Origin: the human T2T-CHM13v2.0 reference genome, Homo sapiens
Reading direction: 5' to 3' (one strand)
DNA length: 64,000 nt
Assembly: GCF_009914755.1 (NCBI RefSeq)
Contig: NC_060928.1
Below, piece after piece: positions 28,735-40,282 of this stretch. How positions within the stretch are numbered: position 1 is the first letter of the stretch; every line of letters begins with the position of its first letter. Made by a program: the position numbers and the translations under genes. The notes under the pieces were generated by a model. It was not told the origin of the DNA, searched no databases, and saw nothing but the letters and a program-made list of their open reading frames with translations.

Positions 28735-28959
28735 GAATTTTCGGAGGAGGGAACTGAGGCCCCCAAAATTGTGTGATTTGCTAAAAATTTCATGACTAGT
28801 CAATGGCAGAACCAGAACTGGAGCCCTGAGTACATGATTTTTCTGTGCAACCTGTCCTGCCTTAAAGAAAAACCACTAAGATCCCCTGCTGGTTGAAGTA
28901 CTATGTGTTAGAATCTTCTATCTTTAAAGGATGGCCCTTGTTTTCGTCCTCCTGTTTAG

Positions 28960-29016
28960 GGCAGAAGAGATGAAAGTCTGAAAGTGGATGAGCATCTGGC
29001 CAAACAAGATGCCCAG
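28960..29016 (+). CDS. ANXA3: Annexin A3 exon 8 (GRRDESLKVDEHLAKQDAQ), 57 nt
   Basis: cctgtttag|GGCAGAAGA...GCCCAG|gtcagt. Confidence 0.97.
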
Positions 29017-29372
29017 GTCAGTAACAAAGCGGGAAAACATTTCCTTTACCTATTCTCCTATGTGGCTGCCTTTGCATTTATGTGAAAAGGGAGAAAAATA
29101 GCAGCAACAGGGACTTTTCTTTTTTTTTTTTTCCTGTTTGAAAGAGAAGCCTGAAGCTTGGGGATCGGAACCCTAACTTTTTGCCTGCCCCAGTGGTAGT
29201 TATCATTCTCCTTGGCTCCTGACAGCCCAATTTTTGATTTCTAGTCTTCTGAAAGTGAGAGATTTAGATAATAGATGATGGCACTGACCTCTGAAATACA
29301 ACTCCGATTCTTCTCATGTCACCTCTCAAAAAGAAAATAATTGTGTCTCTAATATCATTCTCTTGTGAATAG

Positions 29373-29466
29373 ATTCTCTATAAAGCTGGTGAGAACAGAT
29401 GGGGCACGGATGAAGACAAATTCACTGAGATCCTGTGTTTAAGGAGCTTTCCTCAATTAAAACTAA
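29373..29466 (+). CDS. ANXA3: Annexin A3 exon 9 (ILYKAGENRWGTDEDKFTEILCLRSFPQLKL-T), 94 nt
   Basis: gtgaatag|ATTCTCTAT...AAACTAA|gtacaa (weak donor). Confidence 0.97.
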
Positions 29467-30897
29467 GTACAAACTCACATTACAATCCTTTGTGTTGTAT
29501 GTTGTTTTTACAAATGTTTTTGCATTTAGTATACAAAGATCTAGAAAAACGAAGTTTAAAATTGCGAAGTCTGTTCCAGTTATTCACACTTCAGGAAACA
29601 AAATGGGAAAGCTGTATTGTAACTCAAGGAAGTACTGACACTACACTTTTGTTTTTCCATAGAGGCTGAGTAGATTACCTAGTGAGTACCAGGTAATAGA
29701 TGGGGGAGGGAGGTGGCAGGGAGAAGAAAAGAGGCCACCCTCTAGGGTGAGAGTAGAAGGGCTTGTTCCTGTGGAATGGAGAAGCCCAACTGCTTCCACT
29801 CCACCTAACAGTTCTCCCTAGTTAGCCACTTCCAGAAAAGCCAGACACTGCAGGTGAGTCTCTGTTGACACATCAATACTGATTAACCTTTAGCTATTTC
29901 TGATATGAAGGTAAGTGGTAGAATGGATCAACTCTTATCGTCAGACCAGCTATTACATGGAATTGTGGGCACCCGCCCTCTTGCTCATGGCATCTCCTAG
30001 AACTGTTCTGGAAGCAACAACACCTAGAAAACTAAACCTTCATTTACTGTGAACATCTTCTGACTGTGGCTTCCAGATGCTAGTTTACAGAACAACCACA
30101 CAGCAAGACCAAGCTTATGCTGAGTTGACGGAACAATGAGTAAACATAAGGATATTACTGTGACTTTGAAATTCTGAAATTGTTCTTTCTTAACTTTTGC
30201 ATTAAAATCACATTTATTTTATAAAATAATGACAACAGTATGTGATAGTTGCTTTATTCATGTCTTTGTTTGAAAAACAAAAACCAGATAACCCTAGGTC
30301 TCTCTCCAAAATTTCTTTTTTTAAAAATGTATTGGGGAAAAATATACTTGGCTTACAAAATATGCCTGTATACTTGGTGACATATGTACAGGTTTTGCTT
30401 GGGGCAAATACTGATCAAGAAATTCAAATGCCTTCTGGGAGGTGTGAAGTAGGCCATGCCACCTTAGGAAATGATTCAGCACAAGGAAGTCTTCAGAATT
30501 AAGATTTCTTTACCAGAGAAAACATATTTGACTAGTGATTATAGTATCATTTCCCAGGTGCTGCTATAAATAAAATTTAAAATAGCCCAACTTACTGGAT
30601 AAATTATTTATTATTTAACTATTTAGGCTATTTAAAATGCTTACTGCTTGAGAGAAGGGGAAAGAGAAAGAGAGATCATTGAAGAAAATCATCTAGGGAG
30701 TTTGGGTTTTGTTGTAGATGATTTCCTTAAAAAGGAACAAAAGAAAAACAAAAACTTCTGTGCCCAGATTTTCATGGTTTAAAGAGGGAGTTTTTTAGCT
30801 TGCTACTTGATCTTCTGCATATCAAATAAAAAACTAGAATATATTCAAATGTGCTCAACTGCGTTGCTTTAAATAATTTTGTGGTGCTTCTTTTTAG

Positions 30898-30993
30898 CAT
30901 TTGATGAATACAGAAATATCAGCCAAAAGGACATTGTGGACAGCATAAAAGGAGAATTATCTGGGCATTTTGAAGACTTACTGTTGGCCATAG
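30898..30993 (+). CDS. ANXA3: Annexin A3 exon 10 (FDEYRNISQKDIVDSIKGELSGHFEDLLLAI-V), 96 nt
   Basis: ctttttag|CATTTGAT...GCCATAG|gtaaga; also visible inside ORF 30879..31085. Confidence 0.97.
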
Positions 30994-31162
30994 GTAAGAC
31001 TTCGAGTGCTGGTAAACTAAGTTACTTTGCACTTGCTTTAACTCAGTGCCGAGGCCTGCTCCTTTTGGGCAAGAATCCTGACTGATCCATTTTTTTTGCT
31101 CCCTACAGCCCCCAACATGGTCCAGGATACACACAGTACGCTCAACAAATATTGTTAAATGA

Positions 31163-31492
<330 letters not shown>

Positions 31493-31627
31493 ATCTTTTT
31501 AAATCTTACCTTGCTTTTTAAATTTGTATTTGTCTTGTGACCATGTTTAGCTTGTAGACTTCTTGAGAGCTGAAATATTTTATTTCTACTGGCATTTTTA
31601 TTGAGCTTTGTTGAAAACTGAGACGTA

Positions 31628-31786
31628 GGCAAAGCACAGTGGCATGCACGTGTAGTCTTACCTACTTGGGAGGCTGAGGTGGAAGGATTGCTGGAGCCAA
31701 GGAGTTCAAGGCCAGTTTGGGCAACATAGCAAGATCTTGTCTCTTTAATTAAAAAAACCACACACACACACACACACACACACACA
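31628..31786 (+). mobile_element. Alu monomer (FLAM-like) followed by (CA)n
   Basis: ggcaaagcacagtggcatgcacgtgtag...gcaagatcttgtctct; (CA)n at 31759-31786. Confidence 0.8.
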
Positions 31787-31854
31787 TGCAACTAAGACCT
31801 AAGCCAGTTTGGTAATCCACCATATTTGGTTATTTATGAAAGATATCAGTGGCT

Positions 31855-32418
<564 letters not shown>

Positions 32419-32694
32419 TATATTGTTAATCTTTATATTAATTCTGCTTGCTGTTTTTCATTTGGTGTTCTTGCTAAGCCGTAATGTTTGAAAAACTTTG
32501 TTGAGATGTACAAACTCTCATTCACTGAGCTAAGGAGCATTCTTGGAAATATATCATTGAATAATGTATTACATTTGGGCTATAATGCACATTATTTTAT
32601 CATGTAAAAAAAGACCTTATAATTCAATTGAAGTTCAAAATATGTTACACTTTCATTTTGTTTCAGTCTACCATTGGAATAAACCAGTTTATAA

Positions 32695-32970
32695 AATTTT
32701 TTATTGAGATATAACTTACATACCATAAAGTTCACCCACCCAAAGTGTGCAATTCAATGCTTTTTAATGTAGTCACAAGGTTTTGCAACCATCACCACAA
32801 TCTAAGTTTAGGACGTTTTAATCAGCCGCATAAGAAACCCTGTAACTATTGACAGTCACTTTCCAATCCTCCCCACCCCCTGGCTCCTATAATCATTAAT
32901 CTACTTTCTGTCTCTATAGATTTGCCTACTCTGCATATTTCATACACAAGGAATCCAATACAATGGTCAA
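32695..32970 (-). mobile_element. L1MB 3' end fragment
   Basis: tttattgagatataacttacataccataaagttcaccc...ctactttctgtctctatagatttgcct. Confidence 0.75.
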
Positions 32971-33142
32971 CACATAGTTTTTGACATGAAAAACGATCTG
33001 AGCTGTGTCATCTTAGAATCGTGTAATAGGAGCATACTACTTGCCAAATAAGAACAAATCCAGACTTAAGTAAGGAGAGGCTTTATTCAGTAGAACTATT
33101 TCAATAGAGAGAACATGTTGATTTCAGAAACCTGAAAGACTG

Positions 33143-33510
33143 GGCTGGGTGTGGTGGCTCATGCACATAATCCCATCACTTTGAGAGGCTGAGGCAGGAG
33201 GATCCCTTTAGGCCAGGAGTTCAAGACCAGCCTGGGCAACATAGTGAGAGCAGCATTCTGAGACTGTTCCAATGGCAATGATAGAACTGGTTAATTTTTT
33301 TTCCATTTTATATTGTTAATCTATATATTAAAGATTCTACAAAAAAATAAAAAATTAGCTGGGTAGGTTGGTGGACGCCTGTAGTCCCAGCTACTCAAGG
33401 GGCTAAGGTGGGAGGAGTGCTTGAACCCAGGAGGTCGAGGCTCCAGTGAGCTATGTTGGTGCCACTACACCAGAGCCTGAGTGACAAAAGTGAGATCCCA
33501 TCTCTAAAAG
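33143..33510 (+). mobile_element. Alu (AluJ-like) with an 86-bp non-Alu insertion at 33250-33335
   Basis: Left arm ends catagtgaga and resumes tctacaaaaaaataaaaaattagc. Confidence 0.9.
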
Positions 33511-35088
33511 ATGGGGAAAAATGTGCAAAAGTTTCAAAATCCAACAGAAAAGTCTTAGCAGCAACTTTTAATGTTGGGCAAGCACAAGGGCATGATCACT
33601 GGGGATTGACAGGAAACACGTCTGGCAGTGGACAGCTGGACTCTCAAGATAAGCTGCAACAGAGGCATGTTCTGCATTTTAGGGCTTGCCCAGGACTGGG
33701 GACAAGCCAGAGTTCAGGAACCTGTGGGAGGAGAGAGGCCTGATGGAAGTGTGGTCAAGACAATGAAGAGGGTAGGGAATGGGCAATTATGAATTCTTGG
33801 TCATGGTAATTAACTCTAACGGACTCCCAAGCTTCCCTGCCTATGGTGCTGGGTGATAAAGCCTCCTTCCCACTGAAACATACTGCCACCTTCCAAAACT
33901 TTCAGATATGAAGAACAAATCTAGTAGGTAAGAATATAAAGCAGAAGGCAAGCTAAAGGGAAGAAAGGATCATGAAAAGAAGGGATTGTACAAATCTAGT
34001 TGGCAGGGAGGTGACTGGAAAGCTTAATAGGATGAAAGTGGGCATCATTATTTTTTATCAAGCTATTATGGCTTACTTAATGTGAGTTTTACTAGTTTAA
34101 ATGGTTAGTTTCTTGTCAGAGAACTTCATGTAACAGTTTGATTCTAAATGCTGTGTTTGGGTTTCTAATACATTTCTCCTTCTATTTCCCTTAAATCACT
34201 CAAAAAGCCAAAAGTCTTTTAGCTTTCCTTAAGACAGTCTATAAGCCACGATGAGAAAGTCACTTATTCTTGTTCTGAGCTCCAAAATTCATTATAAAAT
34301 CCATTCACTTTTGGTTGGATTCCTACCTAGAGATCAGATTTAAGATTATAAAAATAATTGTGTTGCTGTAAATAGGTTTCTTCCCTACAGACTTTTCTAT
34401 TCCTATTTTCTTTTTATTTAAAAGATAATTTACTCTTGCGTTTTTGTCAGTTTCCTTTTTCTTGTTTTATTTCTGCTTTACTTGTTATTTCAAAATAAAG
34501 AATTGAAGGATTGTATTTTTTTTTTAAGGCAACTGAATTTAGATGACAGATACTTGTTCTAATGGAGTCACTCTAACCAGCCTATAAATTCTAATCCAGT
34601 CATTTAAAAGAAAATTCTTTCCATGGGAAAAATTGCTTTTAAATGGAACTCCAGTGCCCCTGCGTGCCTAATGAGTTATTTGGAGCAACATCGCTGCAGT
34701 TGTCAGGCCCAGGTTGTTCATCAGTAGCCCGAGATGCTAGTAGCTGAGCAGTGTCGCACCCTAGGGAGTTATCAGGGAAAGCGTAGGTGTTCGGGGTGTC
34801 TGGGATCCAGAGATGAGTCAGTCGCTGTGGGAGTTTCTTTGGCAGGTAATTTTATTTTCCCCATGGCTGGAGATAATTACTGTGCTAAAGTTCTGTGCAA
34901 ATATGGTATTAAAAGGCTATGAAAATCAGGGTAAGCAGCCTTTCTTTCATTCCAAGTAAAAGCCAGTTGTGGGGAGGGGATAGAGTGGTATGACAGTCCA
35001 AAGAATCTTTTTAAAAAACATATTACTTACTATAGATTAACCCAATTTCTATTCCGTGAAGCTGAACATTATTTGCTTTTTGTTACAG

Positions 35089-35147
35089 TTAATTGTGTGA
35101 GGAACACGCCGGCCTTTTTAGCCGAAAGACTGCATCGAGCCTTGAAG
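35089..35147 (+). CDS. ANXA3: Annexin A3 exon 11 (NCVRNTPAFLAERLHRALK), 59 nt
   Basis: tgttacag|TTAATTGT...TTGAAG|gttggt. Confidence 0.97.
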
Positions 35148-35539
35148 GTTGGTCTGGAAAGTTCATGTGCATTCTTAGCGTCCCTTAATTCCCTTGGGAA
35201 AGTATGCAAATAGTAGAACAAATATTTAAAAATTAGTTATTTTAATGTAATTTAAACATTTTAAGATAAATTATATTACAGCAAATCAAGGTATGATACA
35301 ATACACTCTTTACACAGACACCTGATTTTCTCTTCAAAATAAACAGACCTGGGTTTATGAAATAATTTTTTTCTAAGTAGGTATAATTTGATTTCTATTT
35401 AACTAAAACATTCTCATTTTCTCTAATATGATGAGTTTAAGTAGATGCTAATATTCCACTTGTATGAAAGATGAAAATTCATGTATAATATTAAATTTTA
35501 AAAGTTCATCCTCTATTTTAAATAGAAAATGAGAAGGCA

Positions 35540-35836
35540 GGCCAGGCGCGGTGGCTCACGCCTGTAATCCCAGCATTTTAGGAGGCCCAGGCGGGTGGAT
35601 CACAAGGTCAGGAGTTCAAGACCAGCCTGGCCAGACGGTGAAACCCTGTCTCTACTAAAAATACAAAAATTAGCCGGGCGTGGTAGCAGATGCACTGTAA
35701 TCCCAGCTACTCGCGAGGCTGAGGCAGAGAATTGCTTGAACCCAGGAGGCAGAGGTTGCAGTGAGCCTAGATTGCGCCACTGCACTCCAGTCTGGGCGAC
35801 AGAGTGAGACTCTGTCTCAAAAAAAAAAAAAAAAAA
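35540..35836 (+). mobile_element. Alu (AluSg/Sc-like)
   Basis: Full Alu with A tail; TSD agaaaatgagaagg at 35524 and 35837. Confidence 0.93.
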
Positions 35837-36419
35837 AGAAAATGAGAAGGTAAAAATATGGCTTAATGTTGATAGAATGTCATATTTCTTTTCCACTTAG
35901 ATTAGTTTTCTACAGTAGCTAATTTGTCTACTGATTTGCCTCATAGGTTAATAGTATTCTAACCCATATAGAGATAGGTACAGAGAAGTATTGACCACAT
36001 TATTTTCACTGCTTCACAGTAAGTGCAGGCAGTAAAACTTGTTTTAGAATGCCAAACCTCAAGCTTGAGACCCAGTAGATCCTGTGGCCTCTCAAACTGC
36101 CTTGCTTAAAATAAACCAAGCTGAGTTGGCAGCCTTTAATGATGCCGTAACCCTGTGTTTGCTTGTCTGTCTTTACTGCCAGATGGTGCGCTCCATGAGT
36201 ACAGACTCCTGTTTATCCTCAGACCCTAGGGCCTTGTGCACAGAAGATGCTTACCTCCATCTCTTTACCAGCCATTTTCTGTGGTCCCACACGTACCTTC
36301 AAAGTCATATCCTAAGTGAACACATCCTTTCCTTCATCTCGCCCAGCCCCACATCTGCTCCCCTTCCCCTGTTCAGTCATCCCAGAGAATGGCCCCAACA
36401 GGAATTTGCCCAACTCTCT

Positions 36420-37720
36420 GAAGTCGTACCATTCCTCCCCAGACTTCTTGACTATGCCTCAGCCACCCCAGGCTTCTTTCCATTCCTCAACTGTGGCAAG
36501 TCTATTCTCACATCACAGTCTTTGCATCCATTCCTTCTCTGGAATGCTCATCCTCTAGATCTTTACCTAGCTGACTCCTTCTCATCTTTCAGGTTTCAGC
36601 TCTCCTCCTGAGAGAGGTCTCCCCTAACTGTACCAGGCCAATTGGTTCCCTTTCAGTCACTCTCCATGCCATTTCCAGCTTTCTTTTCTTCATATTTCTG
36701 ATCACTATTTACTTAAGCAATAGTTAATTTGCTTTGCTGTCTGTCTCCATCTACTAGAACATAAGCTCCATGCAGACAGAGATATAATCTGTTCTGTTCA
36801 CCGCCATTGGCACAGCACATGGAATAATGCCTGGCTATAGTCGATGCTCATAAGCATTTGCTGGATGAATTACATAGATGAATGGAATATCATTTAGTAT
36901 GTTGGCCATCATTAGGTCAAAATCCACCTAACTGCTCAGCTAGAAATTTTACACTATCTCTCTTTTTCATTATCCTGTAGCGATACATCATTATGTTTTG
37001 TCAATCCATTTACATAAGCAACTCTCAAATCTTCCCATTTTCTCCATCCCTACTGCCTTTATTCTAAGGATGGCCATCATCATCTCTTAATTACTCAGTC
37101 TCCTCAAGATGAGTCTCAAAGCCTCTAGTCTTAACTCCCTTATCTTCCTTCTACTCCTACCTTGCAATCTGTTTCTCATGCTGCAGTCAAAGTGATTTTC
37201 TGAAACCACGAATTTGATCTGATCTCAACATTCTCATGTTTAAAATATTACAAGAGCTCTCCACACTTAGGATAAAGTCAGAATTTCATTTCATGGTTAA
37301 CAAGGTCTGGCCTTTCCAGACACATTTCTTTTTATCCCTCTTTGTTAACTTACGTATCCTTGAACGTGGCGTTCTTTATTGCCCTAAACCTTCACGCCTG
37401 CTATTTCCTCTATAGGAAGTTTCTCTCCTCCCTACATGAACCTACTCCTTCCTCTTGTTGACTGTTTAGTCCTTGCTTAAATGTCACTTTCTCAGACTTT
37501 TCCTAATCCCTAATCTTTCTTAGGCCCCCCTGAAGTATGCTCCCATGGTACCCAATATTTTCAACATGTCAGACTGTTTTGCAATGGCTTACTTTCTTGC
37601 CTGTATTCTTTACAAAACTGGAAGCTTAACATGGGTATCTCATCTCTGCTTTGCAGCATTTAGCATGATGCTGTCACAGAGTAGGTGCTCAACAAATATT
37701 TCTTGAATAATGAATGATGA
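36420..37720 (+). mobile_element. L2 fragments
   Basis: ctagaacataagctccatg...gtcgatgctcataagcatttgctggatgaat; gtaggtgctcaacaaatatttcttgaataatgaat. Confidence 0.65.
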
Positions 37721-37855
37721 GTTTGATAATAAATGAAAAAGAATCACTATAGTTGAATATTTTGCACACCATTATCTGATTCTTATAAATATAGATCTCT
37801 ATGTTGCTTTGTGACCAATGACATTTGTGTTGTGAACACCTGCATTCCTTAACAG

Positions 37856-37978
37856 GGTATTGGAACTGATGAGTTTACTCTGAACCGAATAATGGTGTCC
37901 AGATCAGAAATTGACCTTTTGGACATTCGAACAGAGTTCAAGAAGCATTATGGCTATTCCCTATATTCAGCAATTAAA
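37856..37978 (+). CDS. ANXA3: Annexin A3 exon 12 ([41 protein letters not shown]), 123 nt
   Basis: ccttaacag|GGTATTGGA...ATTAAA|gtaagt. Confidence 0.97.
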
Positions 37979-38279
37979 GTAAGTCTACTTTTAAAAATAG
38001 CAAAACATATTTTGCCCTTCTCTACCCATCTCCTTACTCTTATATGCCTTAAAATATAAAGATATTTGACTTAGATTTCTCTCTCCTTGTCAATGTATAA
38101 ATGTGTTGTCTGAGCTTAAAATAGTAGCAGCAAAATATCCTTTATTTTCAGCTCTAAAATCCCAGGCATATAATAGACACTCAATATTTTTTTAGGTGTA
38201 CTAGCCACTAATTTTTCTTCTTTTGTGAATTACATATGCAAGTTGTTTACCTGTTTTTTATATTGCACTGTTTTTATTT

Positions 38280-39200
38280 ATTTCAGTCTTTATGACAATG
38301 TAAGAAAAGAAAAATACGTATTTTAAATTTCCTCTCTGTTTTACATGAGACAGCATGGTTCTGCAGCTTAGAGTGCTTTTCATTTCAGTATATAGGAAAC
38401 TTTCTCATTTTATTTAACAGCTGTATATCATTCCATTGTTTGTATATTTGTACCCACCACAACAAACAGAGGCTTCCAGTTTATTGCTATTGCAAACAAT
38501 GTTGTATAATGCATACACAACTTCATCAGGTACGAGTGTATCTTTGGGATGAATTCTCAGAAGTAGGATTTCTGAGACAGATATAAATGCATTTTAAATT
38601 TTGACAAATATTACTAATTGAATTCCATTTTGCAATTCCATGAGGAATGTATGAGAACTTCTTTCTCCATAGCTTTGGCACAGAGGGTATTTTCAAACTT
38701 TTAGGTTTTTAAAACATTTTTTAGAGATGGGGTCTTGCTGTGTTGCCCAGGCTGAAGTGCTGTGGCTGTTCACAGGTGCGATCATAATACATTGTAGCCT
38801 AGAACTCCTGGGCTCGAGCAGTCCTCTTGCCTTAGCCTCCAAGTAGCTGGGACTATAGGTAAACTTTTGGGTTTTCATAATCTGATAGGTGAGGAATTGT
38901 ATCTCAGTGTAGTTGTAATATACATTTTTCTTAGTATAAGTAAGGCTGAATATATTTTCATGTTTGAAATAACATTTGTATTTCTCTTTCTGTGATCTGT
39001 CTTTTTACATTCTTTGTCCACATTCTTTTGGGTTTTTGTTCTTTTTGGTCAGTTTCTAAGACGTTTTTCACATAAGGTAGATTAGCCTTTTGTCTGGTCA
39101 TATTTTCCCAGTCCGTTCTTTGTCCTTTGACTTGGCCAAAAGTATTTTTTTCCAAGCAGAGGTTGCACATCTTATTTAATTAAATTTATCAATCTTTCAC
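38280..39200 (-). mobile_element. Old L1M fragment containing an antisense Alu monomer (38715-38860)
   Basis: tcattccattgtttgta...ttccagtttattgctattgcaaacaatg...atctgataggtgag...tatctcagtgtag. Confidence 0.6.
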
Positions 39201-40254
39201 AGTATTTTAGTTTTTAAAAAATCTGGTCCCTTCTGTTTCTTTCATTCTGGATGAGAATCTTCCTAAAATGGGCTCCTTCCTTTCTCTTTTAAAGCATGAA
39301 ACCCATTTTCATTGTTTTCAGATCTCAGTTGATATATTATACATAGAAACTTCAAATAAATTACAAATTATTTGAATTAATAGGGCAGTAAGCCTGACAA
39401 AAATTGTACAAGAGGCTTCTGTACCTTAAGCTCATGGTTCAAAAGTCATAGTCCCAACAGGAAGATGGCAACTAGTTAGTGGAGAACTAAGGGGCTAGCC
39501 CCACACCTGCTCAGTAGCCTTCCATTGATTTACTTTTCTACCTTGATGCTCCAGACCACATATGAAAGTCTCTAGTAAATGAGTGATAGAGAGTGTTAGT
39601 CCAAGCTGGTTCCCTGGAACAAAGTGGAAGCTGGGGTTGGTGAGTGGAGCAATCCACTGTCCTTGCCTCCAAGGCCACACTGACCAGGGGAAAAGATAGA
39701 GTCAGGGCTGCCTTCGCAGAGGACTTGCAGGCTATGCAGACCTCTCCGTCTCTTTGCTACTCCATCTACCCTTGAATGTCTCGAGGAAATCAGCACTAGA
39801 GAGTATTGGACCCAGGTGAACTCTCCAAGGTCTAAGCTGAGACTTGGGGCCTAGAAGGTGATCCAGGATGAAGAGGGAAGCAGCAGCCAAGCAGAGTGTT
39901 TGCTCTGAGTGCTGAGGGTCTAAAACTGGGAATGGAGTCCATGCTGATTAGACCCCCTAAGCTGTGGATCATTATGCACCATGCACATCCTGATCCTGGG
40001 TAGCAGCACCCTCTCTCAAGCCCCTACAAGGCTGGAGCACTACCTCTGTGGGGGAGCTTACACTCAGCGATGTCCCCTGGGGACACCTGGCTTAGACCAC
40101 ATTCCAGTGTCCCTGCCAGCAGCTGGAGTCTTTGGTCCAACCTTCGCTATGGCCCTACCCACAATAGCCACCCTTGAACAGGCACAAATATTAGCCTGGG
40201 TCTTTCTGCAGCTATCTTGGGAAGGTTTCTGCCTCTGACTTTACAAATGGCCTT

Positions 40255-40282
40255 TGAATGAATGAATGAATGAATGAATGAA
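40255..40282. repeat. (GAAT)n microsatellite
   Basis: About six GAAT units. Confidence 0.85.

Noticed and set aside
29999-30009. AGAACTGTTCT as a steroid response element
   Set aside because: Lacks the complete half-site and 3-bp spacer of AGAACAnnnTGTTCT.
30879-31085. 68-aa ORF as a separate gene
   Set aside because: It is ANXA3 exon 10 plus flanking intron.
36084-36611. 175-aa ORF in intron 11
   Set aside because: Non-ATG start, overlaps pyrimidine-rich L2 remnants, and has no recognisable domain.
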